Under the pieces are notes generated by a model, which worked only from the letters and a program-made list of their open reading frames with translations, was not told the origin of the DNA and did not search any database. The position numbers were made by a program, and so were the translations under genes. From Octopus vulgaris (Eukaryota), in NCBI GenBank assembly GCA_951406725.2, contig OX597822.1, positions 85,126,001-85,190,000 on the forward strand: a stretch of 64,000 nt of DNA, written 5' to 3'. Positions 24,686-38,598 of this stretch are shown here, in pieces; position 1 is the stretch's first letter, and each line of letters opens with the position of its first letter.

Positions 24686-26021
24686 TCCATAGATCGAATC
24701 CACGATCACTGGCTACATGTCTTCACTCTAAAATAATTAGCTCAAGTATAAAGAAAACCGACAAGATTATACACAATATTTTGCTTTTGTATTTGATTTG
24801 CCAGATTCTTGATGTGAAGTAGTGTGATGAAACAGATTTTGTTGTTAGCGTAATGACTCTTTCGGGAGGGTCATTAACATACACACAGGCTGATTTTATT
24901 TCACTTCCTTATTTCCACTTTTCAAAACTATATTTCATTTAGCCTTTACTTTCTCTTGAGGCAACAAATCGTTAGATCTGAGGAGGATCATCCGAAATGT
25001 GGTACGTGATAAATTTATCTAAGAATTTTTAATAAAAGAATTTATTACATTTCAATTATTGTTTTGTTTTTCCTTATTGTTTCACTTTCTCAAGTTTCCT
25101 TTTTTTAAATCTTCATCAGGGCTCTAGATCTACATACACGTTTCCCAATATGTTTCAATATATTTTTCTCAGGATAGCCATGAGTATCTCATTCTGACTG
25201 CTCTAAATGCCTAGGTTTTGTGTCTAGAAAAACGAAGGTTATATACAGAAGACACCCCCGTCCTCCATGTTTTAAGAGAAAGATTAATCAACGTCTCTTA
25301 CACCACAAATGTTCTGTGTTTTAATTATAATATCGAATATCCTTTTCATTTTGGCTGTTGTTGCTTATGTTGTTGTTTAGCGCTAAATTAACTCTTTACA
25401 AGCAGACCTATGACCAGAGGCACTTCAGGCTTGGCCATTTGAAAGCATCCGGTGTAGACAGGGTCATTACAAGGAAAAAGAAAAAAAAAACTGATGAACG
25501 TCCTGGATTACGATTGTCCAATGCTTACTTGCTTTCTACAGTACGATATGAGGGAAACTTGGTTACTCTTTCTGACAAGTCAAGCGATCATATGAGGTAT
25601 TTTCGTTGGCTTGACTTGATACGGTTGAATGCGTAGACGCCAGAACCTATTCAAACTATTGTGTACCCAAGTTCACCTAAGGTCAAGTGAAACACTCTTA
25701 TAGGCCACGAGATTAGTAGAGTTTAACAGAACCTATTCGTTGATAAACAGACACACATACACAGTTACATACCCACCTATAAGTGTGTGTGTGCTGAACA
25801 CCCGTGGATATGTTTACGAAATCAAAAAACAACACAACACTAATGACTTTCGGACCCATCCCACTTTTTTTAAACTCATTTACTGCTCACTTTCTATGCA
25901 CTGTTCATGTAGTTTTGGTTATTTTTTTCTAATGATTTGTATCGCACTTGAGCACTCTGCAATACAATAAGATCGTTACTACTTAGACAGGTAGAGAGTT
26001 TAGATTAGATATCTAATCTAA

Positions 26022-26517
<496 letters not shown>

Positions 26518-27439
26518 AATGTTTCTTTATTGGCCACACAGGGCTAATGAAATTTGAAACCAATATTTGAAATGGTTCAGGGCGCGCATTCTCTCACGAT
26601 AAAAGAGGAAAAGAATCTAAATAGAAATTTTAAGCATGCAAAAGCCAATGAGGGAGATTCTATGCAGGACTCAACTGCTAGAAATAGCAGCTAAATTCCC
26701 CTGAAATCACATCTTGCCACCTGAAATGCAGAGAGAACACATTAGATAATCTAGTCTTTTCTATCTCTGAACTAAAAAGAATGATGGTCTCGGCAGAAAC
26801 GCTTCCATTTGGGTCTGTTCGATTTGGGTTGACTTGTCGCATCTTTGATGGAGCATCAATAACTGCAACAAATACGAACCTTACCATAATTTGGGCGATT
26901 TTCAAAATTTGAGATAATGGCAATGGTAATGGCAGCAATACTTTATGAAACCACAAACCGTGTCTTAAATACCAATCGACCCCCCGCCCCACAAAAAAAC
27001 AAAAACAGATTTATGAAGCCGAACCCTCGTCCTGATTTCTGGAATTTTAAGATGATGAGAAACGTGGCCGTTGGTGGTGGGGGTGGAGGGAAGGTTGTTT
27101 AATCATACCAGTAAGATTCAGCTCGTGTCGAATGAGACACTGGTGTTTATGTATGGACGTACATACAAAGATAAACACTATCTCACACATCCAGTGTACT
27201 AAATACGAAATCAGATAGGTTCAGACCTTGTTTACATGAGCAGAAATATATTCTAAAATGCTCCAAGGCAGCTTAGGGGGAATAAACGCCAGTATGTTCT
27301 ACCCACTGCTTTTCGGGGTTGGTTGTCATTCAGTCTTTCATGTTTTAATATACCAGACATTCTTTACTTTCTTCCTCTCTTTCTACATACCTCTCTTCTC
27401 CTATCTCAGTTCTCGTGGATTATGAGTTATCACCCATGC

Positions 27440-28832
27440 AATATTAATTTTTAGTACACTTTTTTTTTTACTTTCTGAAAGGGCCTCTGCAACAGTCATT
27501 CTTGGCAGATCCTTAAGCTGCCTATCTGATGAGCGTAATGAATCACCTTTTCTTGAAACTCAGAATCACGGAGAAGTAGTTGCTATTTATGATAGTTTCT
27601 TCCGATTCAAAAGCGAAAATGAAGGTTTTAGTGTATAAGTAGGGATTTTCGATGGAGCAGAGATTTCCGATTTGGAAAGAGATACATTTTACAGATAAAA
27701 AGATACATCTTATTTATAAGATAACAAGACCCACCAACATAAAACTATGCAGAGACGATGGACTTACTGTATCCTATAAAATAAGCCGGCTCGATATAAC
27801 AGGAACAAATTCGGGGAGGCACTAATTAACAATTTTAAAGTATTTTTGTTAATAAATTAAGATCAATAAAAATTTAAAGATGATACATTTATCAGATACT
27901 GCGCTAAATATAAACAGAAAAACACCATCTCAGCCACAAACCCAAAGAAAAAATCATTTATTTAAACTATTCCAACTACCCGTTAATACAGCTCATTACA
28001 GACTACATTACGTCATTCATAACCAAGTAATCATTCAGAGGAGAAATATCTAGCATGTCCCACACAAGAAGTGGTTTTAAGACCAAACTAAATGCATAGA
28101 ACAATTCACACCAAATAACGCTAAAACACATACTAAAAAAAAAAAAAGAAACATTATCTGGTTCAACCCTCCCCATAGTTTAAATGTATTTACTTAGATC
28201 TTTCTTAAACTGATCATTACTCAAACTTCATACAGATATTAAAAAAAAAAAACTCTTAACAAAAAGTTGTTGAGATTTGTCTTAGTTGTCAGGGAAACAT
28301 AGAATTACAGATATCTAACCAAAACCAAAATATCTATAAATATAACACAAACAACTTAAATGAAATTACAAAGACGCATTGAGGTACACTTAGATAGGAA
28401 ATGTCTATCAAAAGGAATAGTATGTAAGATAGATACAGAATCAGCAGAACGTACAAGACAAACGTACATAGTATGAACCGAGAATACCTTTAAAGCTAGA
28501 TACATGCATCTTTCTTTAGGCTCAGAAATATACATGGTTCATGAAAGATTGATCGAAAAGCAACTGAGAGTAAAAGAGAGTATTGGTGAAAAGGCAAAAA
28601 TTTGCAACGGCCCTAGTAGTTACTGTGTACTAGCTGTAACAAAAACTCGAGATTTTTACTTCACCTCATCGCTTCTTAACAAGAAGGAAGAAACTTTGAT
28701 CTCATGTCTCCATGCAAAGACATACAAACTTCGAATATTCAAATATATTCTTGTGTTAGGGGATTGAGAACTTCAGACTATCCGAAACTACAACCGACTC
28801 ATGAAATAAGAAGAAATTCGACGCGTTGAGTC
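27440..28832 (+). mobile_element. Decayed Penelope-like retroelement (RT plus C-terminal GIY-YIG)
   Basis: Motifs in order: GIFDGAEISDL (about 27640), LCRDDGL (about 27745), RNIIWFNPP (28147), KCLSKGIVCK and TYIV*TENTFKARY (28400-28503), LLNKKEE.LISCLH; many stops and frameshifts; hammerhead relic at 28796-28832. Confidence 0.8.
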
Positions 28833-29661
28833 AAACTGAAAATTAAGCTAAAAATGGACTCTTACAAATAGTCAAGTAGAGTCGTCCATTCTCTTAACAA
28901 ATATATTTTTCTTACATGACAAAAGGGATACTAAGAAACTTTCAATGAAAGCTAAAACAACATTTAAATTAAACATTGAATTTCGCTACAAAATCAAGTA
29001 GAAACTGCTAACTCTTAATCTGCCATTTGCCCAGCAATGTGCTATTTCATTATACAAGGTACATAAGCCTTCTACGACAATAAAAGTTGTGTCCCTTTAC
29101 TTGACGATTTGGGGTTACACCAGCACACCCACCAAATATTGGAATCTCTCCTAAGAGAATGCTGGTTTATTTTTAATATCTTTTAAGTTTGTTTAAAATC
29201 CAAAGGATTTTCGACATATATGTGTATGTGTGTGTGTGCATGTATATATATTTAGTTGAAAAATTTCGTTATAGGTATAAATATACCATAAACAAGTATT
29301 AAAAAATGGAGGAAAATAGATGTTGAATCAAAATTAGATTTAATACAAAATTGGATTCAATACATACGCACGTTTCGAAAGACAATATGTAAGAAAAAAA
29401 TTATAATCATAGAAGTTATAATTTTGACTCAACATCTTTTTTGTCTTCCCTCCATTTTTTGATACTTGTTTATGGTATATTTTTATATTTTTCAAATATT
29501 ATTTTCTTATTCTTAATACTTGTTCTGGCTGATTTTTATGAATATGATGAATCTTTGTTAGAAATAATTTTTTTCTCTTTTTCTGGATCTCTCAAAATGT
29601 TTGAGTTGTTCATTTTGAACTCATTTTTATCTCTGTATATATATTTACATATGTTTGTAGA

Positions 29662-29718
<57 letters not shown>

Positions 29719-29731
29719 TATATATACTTTA

Positions 29732-29897
29732 AAAGCAGCAGAAAATTCAACAAAATCTGTTACTCTGAGTTTCTCGTTGCCGTTCATCAGACAGTTTTTG
29801 CTAGAATGGAACCGCGGCTCCATTCTAGCAAAAACTGTCTGATGAACGGCAACGAGAAACTCAGAGTAACAGATTTTGTTGAATTTTCTGCTGCTTT
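29732..29897. repeat. 166-bp almost perfect palindrome
   Basis: Arms 29732-29810 and 29819-29897 are exact reverse complements; centre ACCGCGGC. Confidence 0.95.
29835..29872 (+). ncRNA. Minimal type I hammerhead motif (identical copy on the minus strand at 29757-29794)
   Basis: CUGU-CUGAUGA-A-CG-GCAA-CG-A-GAAA-CUC-A-GAG-UA|ACAG. Confidence 0.7.
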
Positions 29898-29974
29898 AAA
29901 TAAAACATTTTACTCTACCACTGGTATTTGAGTACTCTTTTTTCCACCTTGTTTCACATTTATGTGTTTACTCC

Positions 29975-30009
<35 letters not shown>

Positions 30010-30023
30010 CATATATATGTATG

Positions 30024-30057
<34 letters not shown>

Positions 30058-30134
30058 TGTATGTATGTATGTATGTATGTATGTATGTATGTATGTATGT
30101 GTGTGTGTACATACATATATATATATATATATGA

Positions 30135-30177
<43 letters not shown>

Positions 30178-30179
<2 letters not shown>

Positions 30180-30410
30180 AAACCATGGCGACTGATGAAG
30201 GGTTTTTTCCTTGTGTTATTTGTCCTGTACTCTATTTTTTGTTGTTTAAGAAAAATGTCCAGTTCCTTATGTTTGTGTCTATGTTTTCGTTTCTCATTGT
30301 GTTCGACGTTTTTTTGGTGTCCTGTACTCATATATGCGTGTATATATACATGTAGAGGTAGGTACGTACATATATGTATATATATATATGCATGTGTTTT
30401 ATTTATTAAT
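30178..30410 (+). mobile_element. 5'-truncated relative of the 15.1-16.8 kb unit
   Basis: CTGATGAAGGG..TTCCTTGTGT..GGTGTCCTGTACTCA..GTAGGTACGTAC matches the reverse complement of about 15180-15377; only the CUGAUGA strand of the ribozyme remains. Confidence 0.7.
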
Positions 30411-30557
30411 ATTATATATATATATATATGTTTGTATATGCATATATATATATATGTATGTGTGTGCGTATGTGTGTACATATAAATATGTATATATATA
30501 TATATAGGTATATATGTATATATATATATTTATATACGTACACACACACACACATAC

Positions 30558-30627
<70 letters not shown>

Positions 30628-30779
30628 GTGTGTACATATTAACATATATATATAGGTATATATGTATATATATATATATATACATACATATATATGTGTG
30701 TATATATACATATATACATACATGTGTATATATATACGTACATATATATGTATATATATATGTATGTATGTATGTATGT

Positions 30780-30828
<49 letters not shown>

Positions 30829-30960
30829 TTGTGAATGTGTGTGTGTATGTATGCTTATATACATATATACACAGAGACACACAGACAGAAATATATATAT
30901 ATGTGTGAACTGTACCAAATTTAGTGACAGTAAATAGAGACTACACTGGAGTCTCTTTGA

Positions 30961-31383
30961 TTTCTTAATTCTTTATTGCCCACAAGGGGCTACACACAGA
31001 GGGAACAAACAAGGACAGACAAACGGATTAAGTCGATTATATCGACCCCAGTGAGTAACTGGTACTTATTTAATCGACCCCGAAAGGATGAAAGGCAAAG
31101 TCGACCTCGGCGGAATTTGAACTCAGAACGTAGCGGCAGACGAAATACCTATTTCTTTACTACCCACAAGGGGCTAAATACAAAGGGGACAAACAAGGAC
31201 AGACAAACGGATTAAGTCGATTACATCGACCCCAGTGCGTTACTGGTACTTAATTTATCGACCCCGAAAGAATGAAAGGCAAAGTCGACCTCGGCGGAAT
31301 TTGAACTCAGAACGTAGAAGCAGACGAAATACTGCTAAGCATTTTGCCCGGCGTGCTATCGATTCTGCCAGCTCGCCGCCTTA
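30961..31383 (-). mobile_element. SINE family A dimer
   Basis: Full head at 31383; second unit joined near 31146. Confidence 0.9.
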
Positions 31384-31417
31384 AATTGATTTCTTTTAAC
31401 AACAACAACTACAACAA

Positions 31418-31801
31418 TACATTGTTGTGGTGAATAAAAAAGAAAGAGCATGTATGGTAATCGACATAGAATGTCCCGGTGACAACAGGATCAATGTGAA
31501 AGAAGAAGCAAAAATAAACAATTACGACGATTTGAAGTGAGAAATACGAAGGTTGTGGTCAATGAAGAGATTAGACGTGATACCAATAGCAATTGGTGCA
31601 CTTGGAAGTATCAGCACTCAACTACCAACATGGCTGCAAGTGTGAAGGTAGAACACCTACAAAAATCAGCATTGTTTGGAACTGCAAGAATTCTTCGCAG
31701 GGTTCATGAAGTATGGCCAGTAAACAAGTGTCACCTTAGTTTGCTGGCTGTGGACAGCAGACACATTCCATCATACTCAGCAAAATAAGCTGTGAGTTTT
31801 C

Positions 31802-31805
<4 letters not shown>
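31418..31805 (+). mobile_element. R4/Dong-type non-LTR retrotransposon 3' fragment (restriction-like endonuclease) ending in (TAA)n
   Basis: IVVVNKKERACMVIDIECPGD.RI..KE..KI..Y.DLK*EIRRLW..VIPIAIGALG..LQKSALFGTARILRRV, short 3' UTR, then (TAA)n. Confidence 0.85.
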
Positions 31806-31865
<60 letters not shown>

Positions 31866-31867
<2 letters not shown>

Positions 31868-32788
31868 GGCACGTAGCTACCGGGTGGGGGGCTATGGGGT
31901 GCTCAGCACCCCCAGTTAGAATCTCAGCCCCTCCACCCCATTATGAGAATTTTTTGTTTTATCCACTTTTGAAAAACAAAGGTTTAAATAAGCACGCAAA
32001 CTCTGCATCCCATACCCAAGCTATTGTAACATGGAAAGAACGCCAACAGCGTTTATCCACAACAATATCCGTGTCTTCATTCTTGCAAAATGATCAGTTG
32101 AGCAAAAACCGTTAATTATATCAGTTCCATTGTTGATATTGTTTATTTTCCTTGTGCAAACGAATTGCCTTTTCGAGGAAACGAAAATGAAACTTTTCAG
32201 GATCTTTATTCGGAAGATGATACGTAGCCTTGTGTTCTTTTTATGAAATTATTCCAGTACACATTAGAGAAAGACTCAAAGCTAATGGAATGTTACAGCA
32301 CGATTCCAAAGAATGCGACCTACACCTCAGCAGCAATGCAAAACGAAATCATCGAATTGTTGAGAAGACACACTGTCAGCATCGTGGTCTATCTTTATTT
32401 TATATTGTATAAAAAATAATGTTTAAAGATTAGGCTGTTATCTCTAGCATGTTGAAAGACCTCTATGTGCTTGTTGAAAATCATTAAAAAAAAATATTGG
32501 AGTCGATACATTCGACTAAAAATTCTTCGAGGTGATGGATGCCTCAGCATGGTCTCAGTTTAATGATTGCAACAACTGAAATGAAAATAAGAACGAAATA
32601 TATCAGAAGTTTTGACCAGGTAAGGCGTCAAGAAATGTGGAAAAAAACCCCCAAAAAAACTCCGAAAAATATAAGCATGGGACTTTTGTCCACTTTCACA
32701 TTTTAAGTAGGAGCTTTTGTCCGTACCCCTGTTCAGCACCCCCAGCTATCAAGATAGCACCCCCAGTTGCAATCGGCTGGCTACGTAG

Positions 32789-32791
<3 letters not shown>
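31866..32791 (+). mobile_element. hAT (Tip100/ZMYM1-like) internally deleted transposon
   Basis: Imperfect TIRs AGGCACGTAGCTA / TGGCTACGTAGCTG, subterminal AGCACCCCCAG repeats, transposase remnants KHANSASH..A..W, NR*YISSIVDIV..NELPFRG, TYTSAAMQNEIIE. Confidence 0.75.
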
Positions 32792-32871
<80 letters not shown>

Positions 32872-33051
32872 TAATAATAATAATTCTTTCTACGAATGGC
32901 ACAAAGCCTGTAAGTCTGGGGGAGGGGGCTAATCGATTTCATCGATTCCAGTATAAAAATGGTTCTTGCTTCATCGACCCCGAAAGGTCGAAAGGGCAAA
33001 GTCGATCTCGGGATCGATAGCGATGGGTCCAGCCCGCCGCTTTCATAATTC

Positions 33052-33150
<99 letters not shown>

Positions 33151-33322
33151 TAATAATGATAATGATGATGAGAAAAAGAAGAAGAAGAAGAAGAAGAAGA
33201 AGAAGAAGAAGAAGAAGAAGAAGAAGAAGAAAAGAATGGCTGATTTAAAAATAGAATAACGAAGACGCTATTGGAACGATATACACTCAATCATCATCCT
33301 CGCCACCGCCGCCGCTGTCACC

Positions 33323-33353
<31 letters not shown>

Positions 33354-34039
33354 GCAGCAGCAGCAGCACCACCACCACCACCGCCACCTCCGCTATCACA
33401 GCCGCTGCCGCTTGTGCCTCCGTCACCCTCGCTATTGGAACGATATGCACTTAATCATCATGATCATCATCTCCGCCGCCGCCGCCGCCGTCACTATCAT
33501 TATCACCACAATCATCATCATCACCACCGCCATCACTACCAAATGTATCATTATCATCGTCGTCGGCGTCAAAATCTTGAAACAAAGAAAATTTGTGAAA
33601 AAAGTCAAAATAATCAACCAACGCAGATTCGATTCGCAGTGTTTTTATTTTATTTTATTTTATTTTATTTTCAACAGTAAACTCGAGAAAGATGCCAACA
33701 GTGGATGTGATTTGAGAGACAATTGGCTGCTGTTTCTAGCATGTCGGTTCTATTATTGTGTCACTGAATTATTACAGATTATTGATTGAATCGCGCCATA
33801 ATTTTAAAGAATGAAATATTCTCATGAAATTTTCGAATTATCAGAAATGGCATATTTTAATTCGGCTTCTGAGATGGCAAAACGGTGCAGCATTTTTATT
33901 CTTGTGTCTTTTATTTGGACTCAAATATAGAATAAAATATCAAAGATTATCATAAATTTGGGGGAAGTATTATCACCGTTGTCACAAATATAAAATATAA
34001 ATTGTTTTGAGTTTTTCATGAAGAAATCCGAAAACAAAA

Positions 34040-34273
34040 TTTGTAAGTTACGGAGATGTATTTGCATAGCAAGTGGTTTGATCTGAGATCGTGTGCTGGA
34101 ACGAAAACAATTGCAGCGTGGAAGGTGTTTGTAAGCCATTTAAGAAACACACAGAAGCCGTTCGATTCACTTAAACATTTAAGTTTAATTTGTCAAAATA
34201 TTTTCGTCGCTATAAGACCGCGACCTGTTCACTGACAAAAAATCCGTGCTGCATCTGCAGCACGGATTTTTGT
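34040..34273 (-). mobile_element. pLTR-like element with a short 5' inversion
   Basis: Carries a hammerhead motif next to the palindrome AAAAATCCGTGCTGCA-TC-TGCAGCACGGATTTTT (about 34238-34271); left boundary approximate. Confidence 0.6.
34189..34239 (-). ncRNA. Type I hammerhead motif with G3-C8 swapped core
   Basis: UUUGUCA-GUGAACA-G-GUCGC-GGUCUUAUA-GCGAC-GAAA-AUAU-UU|UGACAAA; stem I 7 bp, stem II 5 bp, palindromic AAUAUU stem III. Confidence 0.7.
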
Positions 34274-37200
34274 AAGGTAAGGGAAATAACTCTCCTTTTG
34301 TTACACGTTGGCTAAACAAAGACTTCGTTTGCAAATCAATAAAATTGTTGCATTTTAGTATTTTAATCAAATTAAAATATTTTTGAATTATCGGAAACAT
34401 AAAATATTTAGCAAGCAAAATGTTTTAAAGGCAAATCCGTGGTGAATGAGGACATTAATGCTACGATTTTCTGCCTTTAATTCTAATATTTACCGAAACT
34501 CCACGGCGTCAGCGAACAATGGGCAAGAGCAGATAACTCAGGCCGTTCCGATTGTATCTTTATTATTTCCATTGTACTTTTAGATAACAAATTATAAAAC
34601 ATTAATCTGTGTAATGATTGGTTTAAGTTATGTACTTTATAGGAAATTAATTAAAATCATTTTCGAGAATATTTGCATGAAGCATCTTCGCTTTGTTCCT
34701 CGGTGACATATCTTCTGGTCAATCATAAACAATAACAACAGCGAAAAAGAACAAAACGTGTCCCACAGAGAAATGGTTCCGAGTGTTTTAAATATGGTTC
34801 AGGTTCGTGGCTTTGATACAAATGCTTCAACAAGGAATAGAAATTCTGAGACGTAGAATCGGTTTGCTTGACGATTCTATTTTAAGAGTGGAGTTGAAGA
34901 AAATGTCCTGTTTGGAAATTTGCAAGTTGCAGTAGTTAATCTTCTGTCACATTAAACATTTTATCTTAATTATTTTTTCCTAATTCAATATATTTCTTTC
35001 TAATTTTTATTATCAACCTTCGACATGTAACTCAACGATATATTTAAATTATTCACTCAAATTTTTCGTAAAATTGAGCAATTAGTTTAACGGTTTCGAT
35101 CTATAATAAATAGTTTCTAAAGACTTAATTTACTTCCAGCTGGAAACGAATTGACACTTTTGTTAGGTAAGTGCTTGCCCGGACGACTTAAGATAAACTC
35201 CGTAACTAGGGGCGTTTTGAAAGTATTGAAATATCAATTTTTCATTGCAGTTGCTCGAGAATAACTGAAGGAGTTTTTTTTTTCTCTTCTTCTTCTTTCC
35301 TTGTAAGAAATCGATAGTTTCTTTCACGGGTTTTAAACTCTGTTTTGTAAAAGGTAAATATCATGGTTGGTTGAATTCACCTCAGTACATTATGACTTTT
35401 ACTTTATTAACCTGCGATAAAGATACAATAGAATTTGATCACACACACACGCACCCACAAAAAAGAAAGCCAGATATGAAATTTCATACTCCAAAGTTGC
35501 TTAGTGAGCGGTGTTGCTGTTTGCACCAACATCACAGCTTGAATGAAACACTAATCGTTATTGTATGGAATCGTTTATTGTGTTGAGGTACAGCAATAAA
35601 GTTTTGTCGAAATGAATGTGCAATACGAATACATTTCAGGTTGGGGGTGCCTCTTCAACACCGATAGAAAAGAAAATAGTGCAGTTAGATGCAGGTAAAA
35701 AAAAACGACAACTATATTGAAATTTTAGTTTGGAAAATGGTAAAAAAAATATCTTGGAATGCATTTTCATTGTAAGATTGAGAAAATTCGAATTATTCTT
35801 ATTTAGAACTAAGTCAGTTCTGATCGAAAAAACCTATGATCAATGGTGACCAACCCCATTCCAGGCAGATTTTATTTAAAACGATATCATCATAGATTAG
35901 CAATAAGATAGTATCTGCTGATTAATTATCATAAAAATAGTATTTGTTATTAATTATACACCAAAGGCGGTAGATTGGTAAAGTCGGTGGAGTATCAAAC
36001 TATATTGCAGTGTGTTTAGAAGTGTTTTTACATTCTGCGTTCCAATCCTATCGAGATTGACTTCGCTTTTAAAACTTTTACCATCGTTAAAATATATTCC
36101 CCCGAAGACATTCCAAATATGTGTTTTGTGGTTATACTAGAGATCGTTATTAATATTACAGAATTTATTTTTTTATAGCATTTTGTGGTTATAATCTTCA
36201 TGCAGAGTCTGTTATGTGATATCTGGAGACACCTCCACCCGGTTTTTGTTGTGTTCCTGGAAAAAGACATAGACGTCCAGAATAAAAATAATAAAAAGCA
36301 TCATTTTCTCTCACTAATGGTCATTTCTGAAAAACAAAATAAAGAAAAGATAAAATGGTCAGCGTTAGGGTGACAGGCTACATATTTTATTGCAAGTAAT
36401 TTAATGCATTCAGTATTGAAGAGCAACCACAAGCGAATCTGATTTTCTTTTATTACAAGTAGCACAAAACAGTGACCTGGTAGAATCAGTAATGAAGACA
36501 ATACTTCTTACAAAATGATGTTTGCCGAGAACATTTATAAATTATATTTTTAGTGTAATTACTATCATAGCAGTTCGTTTAATGTACTAATTATAATCAA
36601 GGTGTTGTTGCTTGGACAAAGGACCTGGTGTTAAACTTCCTCACAGCAAACTACAACATACTGCTTTTTTATTCTTAATTAACATTCCTCGATTTAATCA
36701 TTTAATCATGCTATTCAAGACCACTTTCAGGTAATTACTACTATAATTACCCATTTTAAAAAGCGCAAGTGTATCTAGTTTGGTATTTCCTTGTTGCAAG
36801 AATTATTTCTCAGTGTGGTGTATTTCGTCTTGAACACCAAAATCCTTTTAGGCTTACTTTAAATGCACTCCTAAAGAATTTCGGGACAGATACCTTGTTA
36901 GATCGGCGAATAACACTTCAGGAACTTTTTGACAAACTCTTGTGCATGTCAAAGAAATTCCCTGGGAAAATTCATTTACTTGTTTTTAGCAAGAAACCAT
37001 TTTGTCGGTTCCTGGAAATTCTGAGAGTGTGAGAGATAAGGTAATAAAAAAAAAGAATCTGCTTAGTATTCTGTTAGTGATCCTAAAGGATGAAGGACGA
37101 AGCTAATCCTAGTAGAATTCGGATTGAGAGGGATAGAAGGCCGGAACAAATCCTCAAAATCCTTATATCCTGCGCACTAATCCCTCTGGCCTATTTACAT

Positions 37201-37898
37201 AATTATTATACCATAACTATTAATAGATTGACAGGATTGTCAGTAACTTGAACAAAATGACTTTCGGTATTTGTTCCATTAGTTTGCCCTCTGGTGTCAT
37301 ATCCATCCGAAGTCAACTTTATATTTCCTTCTTCCGGCGTCGATAAAATAAAGTACCAGTCATGTGCTGGTGTCGATATAATTGTTACCTCTCCTGATAA
37401 AATAAATTATCGTGTGCCAAAATTTGGAAAAAGTTGTATTCTTATTATTAGTGGATGTAGACATCGCTGAATCAGAAGCAAATTCCCTGCAAACCTACAT
37501 AACGATCAATGAACAAACCCTTACATGGTCACTCAGCCCACTAGAAGCAGCAGCCAAATATCTCCCAAATCACATGCTACTAAATCAGTTATGTAATTGT
37601 CAGAAATAAGACGAGGTGGCCATGGTTAGAATACCTTTGATCGTATGTTTGTTCGGACAGGACTGACCAGAGACTAAACAACAACAACAACCCTTAGAGC
37701 AATACCGTTTTGGTCCCTATTTAAAAACCCTTCCATTCATTTATATGTAGGAAAGGCATGAATGTCACGCTTCTCTTTTGTCCCGCACTAAAGTCGATTA
37801 AAGCTATCTCCTTTTTTCCTAGGCCAAGTACTGGGTTCCTTTGAACATTTAATCGACTATATCCTCTTTCAAAATGTGTAGTTTTGGGCTTGAGATGT

Positions 37899-37957
<59 letters not shown>

Positions 37958-37963
37958 ATTATT

Positions 37964-38496
37964 GAGTACATGCCATCAAAGTGATACTGGAGTACAAATA
38001 TACGACGCTCAATATACCCATCATGGTTACCCGTTTGATAAGGGTACACTGGCACATGCATCACAACCATATGTGTGCGACATGGTGATCTCATTTCAAG
38101 ATAAACAGCGCGTCACTTTGCAGGTTGGCCCCAGTTAGAGTTTCCTTGAGGTCAAGTAGCCCATCACGATGAAAAGGTCCCTGAATAAGGGTTGTTTCAA
38201 GGTGTTGAACGAAACACCCACGCTTCCAAAGGTGAATTATCCAAACCCCAAAGAATCCCTCTCAACACATGGCTATGATGCTCCCCCACTACTTCTGCTC
38301 GTGGTCAGAGATGCACATATCGTCAGCCACTAAGGGACATGCTCAACTGGTTAAGGTCAAACAACTGACAAGCAAATATGTGGCATTTAGCAGAATATTT
38401 GCCGTAGCCCATCTTTTATACCAAGACAAAACAATGTACATGATAACACTTCCAGTCAGTTAAGATCAGAAGCCATGAGAGCCAGTACCTGCATCA
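37964..38496. mobile_element. ~555-bp trinucleotide-tract-associated element, copy 3
   Basis: Matches 814-1373 and 1463-2017; flanked by (GTA)n and (TTC)n/(ATT)n. Confidence 0.85.
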
Positions 38497-38510
38497 TTCT
38501 TCTTCTTCTT

Positions 38511-38598
<88 letters not shown>

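Noticed and set aside
33266-33530. Duplicated CGCTATTGGAACGATA unit and a His-rich ORF
   Set aside because: Local tandem duplication in triplet-repeat DNA; no coding evidence.
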